From positions 28,596-92,595 of IMG/VR virus record IMGVR_UViG_3300049139_000233: a stretch of 64,000 bases of DNA. One strand, given 5' to 3'. This document shows positions 51,222 through 58,972 of the stretch, piece by piece. Position numbers and translations under genes: made by a program. This DNA is from a virus. The notes beneath the pieces were generated by a model. It did no database searches. It worked only from the letters and a program-made list of their open reading frames with translations, and was not told where the DNA came from. Numbering within the stretch: position 1 is the first letter of the stretch; every line of letters begins with the position of its first letter.

Positions 51222-51629
51222 ATGGAGATAGAACGGAGGCACGCCCCCGTCCCCGGCGAGCTGCTGGAGTACCTGAAGGCCAATCCGACGGCAGCGGCGC
51301 AGGCGGCCGACGGCGGGGTCCACGTCCACGTGCACCACCACTACGCACCCCCGGCCCCCGCGCCGGCCGGTCCGGTCCACCAGGGTCCGGGGCCGACGAC
51401 TGCGGAGAAGGTCATCCCGTGGCTGTGGACGGCGCTGCTCGCCTGCATCGTCCTGACCCTGTGCGCGCTGGTCTTCGCCATGGTGGTTGTCGTCGTGGTG
51501 GCCGTCCTGGCGGCCCTGGTGCTGCTCGGCCTGGTGGCCGCGCACGTCATCAACTCCCACGCCGGCGCCGTCGAGGCCAAGGCGAAGGCCGAGGCGATGC
51601 GGGACAAGGGCAAGCACAAGAGGCGGTGA
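51222..51629 (+). CDS. membrane protein (135 aa)
   Basis: GACCAAGGAACCGAGGAAGC leader, a His-rich patch, a long hydrophobic segment and a basic tail. Confidence 0.6.
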   Translation: MEIERRHAPVPGELLEYLKANPTAAAQAADGGVHVHVHHHYAPPAPAPAGPVHQGPGPTTAEKVIPWLWTALLACIVLTLCALVFAMVVVVVVAVLAALVLLGLVAAHVINSHAGAVEAKAKAEAMRDKGKHKRR

Positions 51630-51653
51630 GCACCATGGCGCCGCCGCACCTGA

Positions 51654-51684
51654 GAACCCCGGAGACGACAGGTCTCCGGGGTTC
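51654..51684 (+). terminator. hairpin terminator
   Basis: GAACCCCGGAGAC / GTCTCCGGGGTTC. Confidence 0.65.
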
Positions 51685-51698
51685 TTCGCGTTGAGGCC

Positions 51699-51738
51699 TT
51701 GCGCGGACACCCCGCCCATGGTTTAGTTAATTCATCGG
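51699..51738 (+). promoter_or_regulatory. P-box promoter/operator
   Basis: TTGCGC-N12-CATGGTTTAGTTAATTCATCGG. Confidence 0.55.
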
Positions 51739-51766
51739 AACCGACTGACCACGGAACGAGGAAGCG

Positions 51767-52372
51767 ATGACCAGCGTGGAGCTGAGCCTGCGGGCCCCTG
51801 CCGCGACTTGGCGCGAGAACAGCGACGGCGTCTGGACGTGGTACCCGCAGCCGGACGGCGTGCGGTGCGCCACCGATCCGCTGAGCCCCGGCATGTTCCG
51901 CCCGTTCGGGGCCTTCCACGAAGCCGGCCACGCGGTGATCGCCTTGGCCCAGGGAATCGGCGTGGACGGCGTGCACCTGCTCCCGGCCGAGGACAATGTG
52001 TTCCACACCGTCGTCAGCGGCAAGATTCTTCAGGACGACGGGTACCTGACGATGCTTGCGGCCGGCGAGCGCGCGTCCGACCGATGGCTCCGAGAGACCG
52101 GGGTATGGACACCCGAGCGGGGCTGGACCGCAGAGCGCTGCGCCGAAGGCGACCGCGAGGAGGCCGCTGGCTTCGCCGCCCGGCGTGGCTTGCCGTTCGA
52201 CCTCACCGCACACCCGTGGGACGGCTGGACTCAAGTGTGCAGTTGGGCCGACGGGAGTCTGAACCACCACTGGGACCGCGTCGTCGCCGTCGCCAGGGCC
52301 CTGTTGGAGGGCACGTCGCTGGACGCGGTCGACGTCGCACGTATCGCCGGACTGCCCAACCCCTCCGCCTGA
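51767..52372 (+). CDS. HExxH zinc metallopeptidase-like protein (FtsH/M41-like active-site motif), paralog 1
   Basis: GAFHEAGHAVIAL. Shares GERASDRWLRETGVWT and HWDRVVAVARALL...AGLPN with the next gene. Confidence 0.7.
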   Translation: MTSVELSLRAPAATWRENSDGVWTWYPQPDGVRCATDPLSPGMFRPFGAFHEAGHAVIALAQGIGVDGVHLLPAEDNVFHTVVSGKILQDDGYLTMLAAGERASDRWLRETGVWTPERGWTAERCAEGDREEAAGFAARRGLPFDLTAHPWDGWTQVCSWADGSLNHHWDRVVAVARALLEGTSLDAVDVARIAGLPNPSA

Positions 52373-52402
52373 TCGCACCACCGACCAAGGAATGAGGAAG
52401 CG

Positions 52403-53077
52403 ATGACCAGCACCATCGACCTGAGCGCCGTCACCTGGACGCCTCCGGCCGAGATCACCTGGCACGACGACGTCCTGGTCAACGGGGAGCCGTACCCCAC
52501 GCGGAACTACGCGCCCGACTACGGCTCGAACAGCGACGCGTACCTGGGCACCCTGACCTACGAACAGCAGGACGTGCTGCGGGCCGTCCACGAAGCCGCC
52601 CACGCGGTTGCCGTCCTGGCTGGCGGCGGGCATGTCCACGATGCGTGGATCAAGACCACCGCCGAACTCCGCACCCTTGAGCCCTCCGACACGGGGATCA
52701 AGAGTGGGGCGGTCAAGGCATGCAACCTGATCGACCCTACGGCCGTCGCGGTCTTCCTCGGGGCAGGCGAACGCGCGGAGGACCGGTGGCTGCGCGAGAA
52801 CGAGCTGTGGACGTCCGCGCTCGCGGCCGGGATTGAGCTGGGTGCCTGCGGCGACCGGAAGGTCCTCTTGCAGAGCAACCCGCACGTGGGCTTCGGCACC
52901 GGGCAGGACTACGTCATCGTCCACGACCTCGCCGACCACCTCCTGAGCGAGCACTGGGACCGCGTCCTCACCGTCGCCGGTTCACTGGCGTTCCGGCTCC
53001 ACCTGGACGGTGACGAGGTGGCCGTACTCGCCGGGCTGCCGAACGGCACGCACGCCGACACCTGCGACTTCACCTGA
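52403..53077 (+). CDS. HExxH zinc metallopeptidase-like protein, paralog 2
   Basis: RAVHEAAHAVAVL, GERAEDRWLRENELWT, HWDRVLTVAGSL...AGLPN. Confidence 0.7.
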   Translation: MTSTIDLSAVTWTPPAEITWHDDVLVNGEPYPTRNYAPDYGSNSDAYLGTLTYEQQDVLRAVHEAAHAVAVLAGGGHVHDAWIKTTAELRTLEPSDTGIKSGAVKACNLIDPTAVAVFLGAGERAEDRWLRENELWTSALAAGIELGACGDRKVLLQSNPHVGFGTGQDYVIVHDLADHLLSEHWDRVLTVAGSLAFRLHLDGDEVAVLAGLPNGTHADTCDFT

Positions 53078-53113
53078 CAGACACCGCACCACCGACCAAG
53101 GAACGAGGAACAC

Positions 53114-53509
53114 ATGACCGCAGCGAACCCTGTCCCCGTCCGCGTCGTCTCCTTCGGCTACGGCCACGGCGACGCCCCGGAAGCCCACATCACACTGGAT
53201 CTCCAGAAGCACTTCAAGGACCCTCACGTCCGCCCGGAGCTGCGGAAGCTGACCGGCGCCGACCGCCGGGTCCGCCGGACCGTCCTCGGCACGCCGGGCA
53301 TCAAGGCCCTGCTGACCGCCACGGTCCGCGTCGTCCAGGCGTACAACGCCGGCCCGCGCGCTCAGGCCACCGTCGTGGCGGTCGGCTGTGTCGGCGGCCG
53401 GCACCGTTCCGTCGTCGCGGCCCACGTCCTCGCGCGCCGGCTGCGCCGCCGGGGCCACGTGGTCACCGTCGAGCACCGCGACCTGCACCGCCCCGTCATC
53501 GCCCGCTGA
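53114..53509 (+). CDS. stand-alone homolog of the RapZ (YhbJ/YvcJ) C-terminal domain
   Basis: VRVVSFGYGHGDAPEAHITLDLQKHFKDPH and VVAVGCVGGRHRSVVAAHVLARRL...VEHRDL. Compare E. coli RapZ ...AIGCTGGKHRSV...RHRTL (from memory). No P-loop domain is present. Confidence 0.65.
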   Translation: MTAANPVPVRVVSFGYGHGDAPEAHITLDLQKHFKDPHVRPELRKLTGADRRVRRTVLGTPGIKALLTATVRVVQAYNAGPRAQATVVAVGCVGGRHRSVVAAHVLARRLRRRGHVVTVEHRDLHRPVIAR

Positions 53510-53522
53510 CCGTACGGCCGCT

Positions 53523-53553
53523 GAAGCCCCGCACCGTGGCGGTGCGGGGCTTC
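53523..53553 (+). terminator. hairpin terminator
   Basis: GAAGCCCCGCACC / GGTGCGGGGCTTC. Confidence 0.65.
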
Positions 53554-53580
53554 GCCCATTCCGAGACGAGGAGCCAGCCC

Positions 53581-54054
53581 ATGACCGACCCCGCAACCTT
53601 CGCCGCCGTCTTCGCCGCGCTGTTCGTCGCGCACTCCGTCGGGGACCACTGGGTCCAGACGTCGTGGCAGGCCGACCGCAAGGGCGACCGCAGCCGTACC
53701 GGGCACGTCGCCTGTGGGCGGCACGTCCTCGGCCTGACCCTCACCAAGGCTCTGCTGCTGTTCGTCGCCGTGGCCGTGCTCGGCCTGGAGGTGAGCGTGC
53801 CCGGCGTGGTCCTCGGCCTCGGCGTGGACGCGGCGACGCACTACTGGGCCGACCGGCGGCACACGCTCACCGGCCTCGCCCGGGTCTGCCGGAAGACGGA
53901 GTTCCACACGCTCGGTACCCCGGCCCACGAGCACCACCCGGTGGACGCCGGAGGCAACTACGCGCCGACGCTCGGCACCGGTGCCTACGCGCTCGACCAG
54001 TCGTTCCACCACCTGTGGCTGTTCGTCGCGGCGCTCATCATCGCGGCCGTCTGA
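53581..54054 (+). CDS. membrane protein, DUF3307-like
   Basis: Internal ATG at 53581 follows GAGGAG. Contains HSVGDHWVQT and DAATHYWAD. Confidence 0.55.
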   Translation: MTDPATFAAVFAALFVAHSVGDHWVQTSWQADRKGDRSRTGHVACGRHVLGLTLTKALLLFVAVAVLGLEVSVPGVVLGLGVDAATHYWADRRHTLTGLARVCRKTEFHTLGTPAHEHHPVDAGGNYAPTLGTGAYALDQSFHHLWLFVAALIIAAV

Positions 54055-54065
54055 GCCGGTTGGAG

Positions 54066-54101
54066 CGAAGGCCCCGGAGCCGTATGGTTCCGGGGCCTTC
54101 G
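54066..54101 (+). terminator. hairpin terminator
   Basis: CGAAGGCCCCGGA / TCCGGGGCCTTCG. Confidence 0.65.
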
Positions 54102-54109
54102 TCGTGTCC

Positions 54110-54152
54110 GGGGTTGTCTCGCCGGCCACCGTGTGATTTAATTAAGTCATCG
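54110..54152 (+). promoter_or_regulatory. P-box promoter/operator
   Basis: GGGGTTGTCT-N12-TGTGATTTAATTAAGTCATCG. Confidence 0.65.
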
Positions 54153-54177
54153 CACCGATCAAGGAATCGAGGAACAC

Positions 54178-54903
54178 ATGGACCGCAGCAACGTCGCCGG
54201 CCACGACGGCACCGTCCACCAGGCCCTGCTCAACTCCCGCACCGCCAAGTTCATCGACGTCGCGTGTGACGCCGGCCGCTACGCCGTCGTCCGGCCCTAC
54301 GAAAAGCTGGACCAGGCCCGCCTCACCAACGACGCGCTGACCTGCCCCGGCTGCACGGCCGCCGTCGCCGGCGACGTGGACCACCCGGCGGACGTCGCCC
54401 GCCGGTGCGCGGACGCGGTGCTCGCCGACGCCGACCGGCGCGGCTACCCCGCCTCCCCGGACGACGAGGCGCTGCGCCAGGCGTTCGTACGACTCGCCCC
54501 GACCGGCGAGGAGCTGCGCCCGGTGTTCGAGCGTCTCGCCCGGGGCGTGTACGACCCGGAGAACGACTTCCGCACCGAGCCGCTGTACGCGCTGATCCGG
54601 GAACACCTCGCCGACGCACTCACCGCGCGGGCGCTGGACGTGGCGGATCCGATCCCCGGAGCAACGGCCCGGTACACCGCCTTCACCGGCGGAGACGTCG
54701 TCGCACCGCTCGCCGTCGGCGACCGGGTGATGCGCACCGCCTACGCCTCCGGACTGTGGTGGTTCGGAACCATCACCGGGACCGACGGCGGGACCGTCCT
54801 CGTCTGCGAGAGCGGGCACGCGACTCCGTTCCGGTACCAGGTGAGCGAGATGAACGGACTGTTCGCCAAGCTGGACCGCGCGCCGGTCCCGGCCGCCGTC
54901 TGA
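54178..54903 (+). CDS. hypothetical protein (241 aa)
   Basis: P-box at 54110..54152; GATCAAGGAATCGAGGAACAC leader. Confidence 0.6.
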   Translation: MDRSNVAGHDGTVHQALLNSRTAKFIDVACDAGRYAVVRPYEKLDQARLTNDALTCPGCTAAVAGDVDHPADVARRCADAVLADADRRGYPASPDDEALRQAFVRLAPTGEELRPVFERLARGVYDPENDFRTEPLYALIREHLADALTARALDVADPIPGATARYTAFTGGDVVAPLAVGDRVMRTAYASGLWWFGTITGTDGGTVLVCESGHATPFRYQVSEMNGLFAKLDRAPVPAAV

Positions 54904-54914
54904 CGATCCGCCAC

Positions 54915-54948
54915 CGAAGCCCCGGCGCCCTCGTGGCCCGGGGCTTCG
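54915..54948 (+). terminator. hairpin terminator (GCCCCGGCGCC family)
   Basis: CGAAGCCCCGG-cgccctcgtggc-CCGGGGCTTCG. Confidence 0.65.
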
Positions 54949-54988
54949 TCATGCGGTGATTCGGCGGATCGCCGCTACCTTCCCGCGC

Positions 54989-55711
54989 ATGACGCAGACC
55001 ACCCCGCCCCTGGCGGTCCTCGTCCCCACACGCGGCCGGCCGCACAACGCCGTCCGGCTCCAGCAGGCGTTCGCCGACACCGAGTCGCTGAACGCGGAGC
55101 TGGTCTTCGTGGCCGACGCCGACGACCCGGAACTGCCCGCCTACTGGACAGCCGCCGGGGACCGGCTGATCCGGCATCTCACGGTCCACGACGGCGAGAC
55201 CGGCACCGGCATGGCCGCCGCGCTGAACCACGCGGCCGGCCGGTTCGCCGGCGAGTACGCCGCGCTGGGGTTCATGGGCGACGATCACCTGCCGCGCACG
55301 CCCCGGTGGGACGCGCACGTCCTCGGAGCACTGAACACCGCCGAGCCGGCCGTCGTCTACGGCAACGACCTGTTCCAGGGGGCGGCGCTGCCGACGGCAG
55401 TGTTCATGCCGTCCCGGCTCGTGCAGGCCCTCGGCTTCATGGCGCCCCCGGTACTGCGGCACCTGTACGCGGATGACTTCTGGCTGGAGCTGGGGTGGCA
55501 TCTCGGGACGCTGCGGTATCTGCCGGACGTCGTCATCGAGCACCTGCACCCGGCAGCGGGCAAGACCGCCATGGACGACCGGTACGCGGCCGTCAACGCT
55601 CCCGGGGCCGATGCGGCGGACCGGCGCGCCTGGCAGACGTTCCGGGACGGCGGCGGCTTCACCGCCGCGCTGAGCCGCGTGCTGGACGCCTACGGGGAGG
55701 CGGCGGCATGA
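54989..55711 (+). CDS. putative GT-A fold glycosyltransferase
   Basis: LAVLVPTRGRPHNAVRL...FVADADDPEL...FMGDDHLP. ATG 54989 has no SD or P-box; a TACCTT lies 7 nt upstream, so the mRNA may be leaderless. Confidence 0.5.
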   Translation: MTQTTPPLAVLVPTRGRPHNAVRLQQAFADTESLNAELVFVADADDPELPAYWTAAGDRLIRHLTVHDGETGTGMAAALNHAAGRFAGEYAALGFMGDDHLPRTPRWDAHVLGALNTAEPAVVYGNDLFQGAALPTAVFMPSRLVQALGFMAPPVLRHLYADDFWLELGWHLGTLRYLPDVVIEHLHPAAGKTAMDDRYAAVNAPGADAADRRAWQTFRDGGGFTAALSRVLDAYGEAAA

Positions 55712-56646
55712 CCCGGCCCCGGGCTCTGGTGACCGGCGACCGGGGGTTCCTCGGCCGGCACTTCACGGCGGAGCTGAAGCGGCGGGGCTACGACGTCGTG
55801 GGCTGCGACGTGAAGGTGACCCGCAGTCAGGACTGCCGCCGGCTGTTCGCCGAGGACGTCCGGCTGCGGACGATGCCGCACTGGGACCTCGTCGTGCACT
55901 GCGCGGCGGTGGTCGGCGGCCGGGAGACCATCGACGGCGACCCGCTCGCCACGGCGGAGTCGCTGAGCATCGACGCGGAGATGTTCCGGTGGGCGGCCGT
56001 CGCGCGGCCCGGCCGCGTGCTGTACTTCTCCAGCTCGGCCGCGTACCCGGTCAACCTTCAGCACGGCACCCCGCCGTACCGGCTGCATGAGGACGACGTC
56101 TGGGACACCGCCCGGGATGACGACGGTCCGGTACCCGGCACGTTCTGGGACGTGTCCGAGCCGGACCAGGTGTACGGCTGGTCCAAGGTGACCGGCGAAC
56201 TCCTCGCGGCCCGGCTGCGCGAGACCGGCGTCCCGGTGACTGTGGTGCGGCCGTTCTCCGGGTACGGCGAGGACCAGGACGTCACGTACCCGTTCCGCGC
56301 GATCCTGGAGCGCGTCCGGCGCCGCGAGGACCCGCTGGAGGTCTGGGGGTCCGGCGAGCAGGTGCGCGACTGGATCCATGTGGACGACGTCGTGGCCGGG
56401 GCGCTGGCCGTCGCCGACGCGGGCACGACCGAACCGGTGAACCTGTGCACCGGCCTGGCGACGTCGTTCCTGGACCTGGCGCGGATGATGGCGGCGGTTG
56501 CGGAGTACCGGCCCAAGGTGCGGCCCCTGCCCGGCCGTCCGGCCGGCGTGGCGTACCGCGTCGGGGACCCGGCCCGGATGCACCGCTACTACCGGCCCCG
56601 GGTGCGGCTGGAAGACGGGATCCGGCGCGCACTGGAAGCGGTCTGA
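55708..56646 (+). CDS. NAD-dependent NDP-sugar epimerase/reductase (extended SDR)
   Basis: ATG at 55708 overlaps the upstream stop (ATGA). Motifs: ALVTGDRGFLGRH and YGWSKVTGE (YxxxK). Confidence 0.8.
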   Translation: MTRPRALVTGDRGFLGRHFTAELKRRGYDVVGCDVKVTRSQDCRRLFAEDVRLRTMPHWDLVVHCAAVVGGRETIDGDPLATAESLSIDAEMFRWAAVARPGRVLYFSSSAAYPVNLQHGTPPYRLHEDDVWDTARDDDGPVPGTFWDVSEPDQVYGWSKVTGELLAARLRETGVPVTVVRPFSGYGEDQDVTYPFRAILERVRRREDPLEVWGSGEQVRDWIHVDDVVAGALAVADAGTTEPVNLCTGLATSFLDLARMMAAVAEYRPKVRPLPGRPAGVAYRVGDPARMHRYYRPRVRLEDGIRRALEAV

Positions 56647-56651
56647 CATCC

Positions 56652-56694
56652 GGGGTTGCCCCGTCGGCTGACCTATGATTTAATTAAGTCATCG
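56652..56694 (+). promoter_or_regulatory. P-box promoter/operator
   Basis: GGGGTTGCCC-N12-TATGATTTAATTAAGTCATCG. Confidence 0.65.
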
Positions 56695-56724
56695 AGAGGG
56701 ACCGACCAAGGAAAGCAGGACGAC

Positions 56725-57150
56725 ATGAGCGAGCAGGTCTACGAGCGGACCGAGAACGGCACCGTCACCCACGTCTCCACCCGCGAGGGCCTGGCCGAGA
56801 TCAACCACGCGATGATGGACGGAAAGCGCGAGGTCGAGACCATGTCGTCCATCTCCCGCACGGACTACGCGATCGAGTACAAGGACGGCCGCAAGGTCCG
56901 TCTGGTCCGCGTGGACGCCCCGGCAGCCGAGGACCCCAAGGAGTGGACCGGTACGGCCTCCAACTTCAGCCACCTGCACCGGTTCGACGCCGAGCTGAAG
57001 GCCCTGTGCAACCGGCGTATCCGCTCCCGGGGTGCCGCCCGTCGCGCCGGCGTCCTGATCGGGCACGACGAGCTGCGGTCCCGGAGTGAGGTCGAGTCCT
57101 CCGAGTACGCGCACCTCTACACCTTCTGCCCCCGATGCGAGGCCAAGTAG
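56725..57150 (+). CDS. hypothetical protein (141 aa)
   Basis: P-box at 56652..56694; GACCAAGGAAAGCAGGACGAC leader. Confidence 0.6.
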   Translation: MSEQVYERTENGTVTHVSTREGLAEINHAMMDGKREVETMSSISRTDYAIEYKDGRKVRLVRVDAPAAEDPKEWTGTASNFSHLHRFDAELKALCNRRIRSRGAARRAGVLIGHDELRSRSEVESSEYAHLYTFCPRCEAK

Positions 57151-57212
57151 GACCCGCCGGCCCGGGAGCCCCACCGGCTCCCGGGCTCCGACCAAGGAAC
57201 GAGGAGCACCGA

Positions 57213-57425
57213 ATGGCAGTCAGGAACGAGACTCGGTTCGTCAGCCCCATCGGCCAGCGCGTGAAGGCGTGGACCGGACCGAGGGCCGGACGCACCGGGG
57301 AGATCAAGCGCGTGGACGGACTGCACTACGTGTACGTCCTGTTCGACGGCGACACCACCGAGGTGCACTACCCGTGCAAGGACGTCAGCCGGCTGGACCT
57401 GCTCAAGCAGTGGGGCCGGGCATGA
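57213..57425 (+). CDS. hypothetical protein (70 aa)
   Basis: GACCAAGGAACGAGGAGCACCGA leader. Confidence 0.6.
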   Translation: MAVRNETRFVSPIGQRVKAWTGPRAGRTGEIKRVDGLHYVYVLFDGDTTEVHYPCKDVSRLDLLKQWGRA

Positions 57426-57619
57426 GCGGCTTCAGGTGCATCGCCACCACATCGCGCGGCTACGGCTGCATCAACAAGGCACAGCCCGGCCAGCTCATGT
57501 GCCCGGCGCACGACCCCTCCCGCCAGTGCGGCGCCCCCACACGGGCCGGAGGGCAGTGCAGGCGGATGAAGATGCAGGGGCATCCCCGCTGCTCGAAGCA
57601 CCTCCCGAAAGATGCCTGA
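57422..57619 (+). CDS. hypothetical Cys/His-rich protein (65 aa) with an internal duplicated C..C..C..H motif
   Basis: ATGA overlap. RCIATTSRGYGCINKAQPGQLMCPAH and QCGAPTRAGGQCRRMKMQGHPRCSKH. Confidence 0.55.
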   Translation: MSGFRCIATTSRGYGCINKAQPGQLMCPAHDPSRQCGAPTRAGGQCRRMKMQGHPRCSKHLPKDA

Positions 57620-57626
57620 CAGTTGG

Positions 57627-57666
57627 ACAGAAAGCCTCGGAGCCGTACGGTTCCGAGGCTTTCTGT
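57627..57666 (+). terminator. hairpin terminator
   Basis: ACAGAAAGCCTCGGA / TCCGAGGCTTTCTGT. Confidence 0.7.
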
Positions 57667-57668
57667 AT

Positions 57669-57712
57669 GGGGGTTGTCCAGCCTCCGGAGTGATGGTTTA
57701 ATTAAGTCATTG
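57669..57712 (+). promoter_or_regulatory. P-box promoter/operator
   Basis: GGGGGTTGTCC-N12-GATGGTTTAATTAAGTCATTG. Confidence 0.65.
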
Positions 57713-57804
57713 CACGGCCGACCAAGGAACCCGGCTGAGCCACGGACCCCGGCCCCGGAGGCACTGCGCCTCCGGGGCCTCCCCGATCAAGGAAACGAGG
57801 AATC

Positions 57805-58137
57805 ATGGCGACGCAGTTCGACCCTCCGCGCTACACCTGGCACGCGCAGACGGTACGTGAGGCGCTGACCGTCTTGGGCGCCGTCCAAGACCTGGTCGAC
57901 GCTCACCTGAAGTCCCTTGAGCCCGGCGACGGGGTCAGTCGCTCGGACGTCTCCAGGGCGACGCCGATCTCCCTGACCGTCGCCCTGGACCTGTCCGGCC
58001 TCGTCCAGGCCGTCAACGACAAGACGGAGGTGGAGCACCTGGAGACCGTGCTGGAGCTGCCCGCCGACATCTGCTGGTGTGGCCGGGAGAAGCAGCCCGG
58101 CGAGAACCACTCGATGTGCTACCCCGGGATGGAGTGA
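57805..58137 (+). CDS. hypothetical protein (110 aa)
   Basis: GATCAAGGAAACGAGGAATC leader. Confidence 0.6.
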   Translation: MATQFDPPRYTWHAQTVREALTVLGAVQDLVDAHLKSLEPGDGVSRSDVSRATPISLTVALDLSGLVQAVNDKTEVEHLETVLELPADICWCGREKQPGENHSMCYPGME

Positions 58138-58143
58138 GACGCC

Positions 58144-58347
58144 GTGAAGCGGCCCGCCTTCGCCTGGGACCCCGAGGTGGATCCGTTCGGTCCGTGGGAG
58201 TACGTGGAGGTTGACGACCGGTGCCGGGGCCACGGGGACGCGTGCATGTTCAATCGTTGCACCGGCCGGGAGTCCACCTGTCGGTGCTGCTGTCCGGTCT
58301 GCCTCGGCGAGACGCCGGAGGACTACGGTTTCGACCCGTACGACTGA
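58144..58347 (+). CDS. hypothetical Cys-rich protein (67 aa)
   Basis: GTG start. Contains CRGHGDAC...CTGRESTCRCCCPVC. Confidence 0.55.
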   Translation: MKRPAFAWDPEVDPFGPWEYVEVDDRCRGHGDACMFNRCTGRESTCRCCCPVCLGETPEDYGFDPYD

Positions 58348-58369
58348 CCAAGGAAACGAGGAACGCGCG

Positions 58370-58600
58370 ATGGCGTACATCCTGACCCGCACGCTGCCTG
58401 ACGGCACCGAGAAGACGAACCCGACCGAGCTGAAGACGCTGCGCGAAGTGGAGTTCGCCGTCGCGTACTGCTTGATGGACAACTCCCGCGTGCCGCGCGG
58501 CGAGGCCCGCCGGTTCGCCGCCGGCTTCATCGGCCGGCCGATCGGCGAGACGCTGAAGCACGAGACGTCCGGCTACGCCTTCCGCGTCGACCGCGTGTAG
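58370..58600 (+). CDS. hypothetical protein (76 aa)
   Basis: GACCAAGGAAACGAGGAACGCGCG leader. Confidence 0.6.
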   Translation: MAYILTRTLPDGTEKTNPTELKTLREVEFAVAYCLMDNSRVPRGEARRFAAGFIGRPIGETLKHETSGYAFRVDRV

Positions 58601-58617
58601 AAAATTTTCGACACAGG

Positions 58618-58645
58618 AGCCCCGGCGCCCTCGCGGCCCGGGGCT
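58618..58645 (+). terminator. hairpin terminator (GCCCCGGCGCC family)
   Basis: AGCCCCGG-cgccctcgcggc-CCGGGGCT. Confidence 0.6.
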
Positions 58646-58656
58646 TCATCGCGTCC

Positions 58657-58700
58657 GGGGGTTGTCCCGTCGGCTGACCTATGATTTAATTAAGTCATCG
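58657..58700 (+). promoter_or_regulatory. P-box promoter/operator
   Basis: GGGGGTTGTCC-N12-TATGATTTAATTAAGTCATCG. Confidence 0.65.
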
Positions 58701-58731
58701 GAACAAGGAACCCCGACAGAAGGAGCCGACC

Positions 58732-58893
58732 GTGGCCGCCAAGAAGACCGCCCCCTCCACCCGCTACCAGGTCCGCAAGGGCGCGGGCGGCTCGTACGTC
58801 GTGGACACCCGTACCGGCGGGACCGTCATGACGGGGATGGTCGCCGCCGGCGCCCGCCAGGTGGCGGACCACCTGAACCGCCGGGCGTTCTGA
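58732..58893 (+). CDS. small basic protein (53 aa), absent from the ORF track
   Basis: GTG at 58732 follows AGAAGGAG-N6. P-box at 58657..58700 and terminator at 58902..58932. Sequence: VAAKKTAPSTRYQVRKGAGGSYVVDTRTGGTVMTGMVAAGARQVADHLNRRAF. Confidence 0.5.
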   Translation: MAAKKTAPSTRYQVRKGAGGSYVVDTRTGGTVMTGMVAAGARQVADHLNRRAF

Positions 58894-58901
58894 CAGCCCG
58901 T

Positions 58902-58932
58902 GGCCCCGGAACCGGTTGGTGATTCCGGGGCC
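58902..58932 (+). terminator. hairpin terminator
   Basis: GGCCCCGGAA / TTCCGGGGCC. Confidence 0.6.
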
Positions 58933-58972
58933 TTGCACCACCCTGACCGAGGAACTGAGGAAGCGAGGAGCC

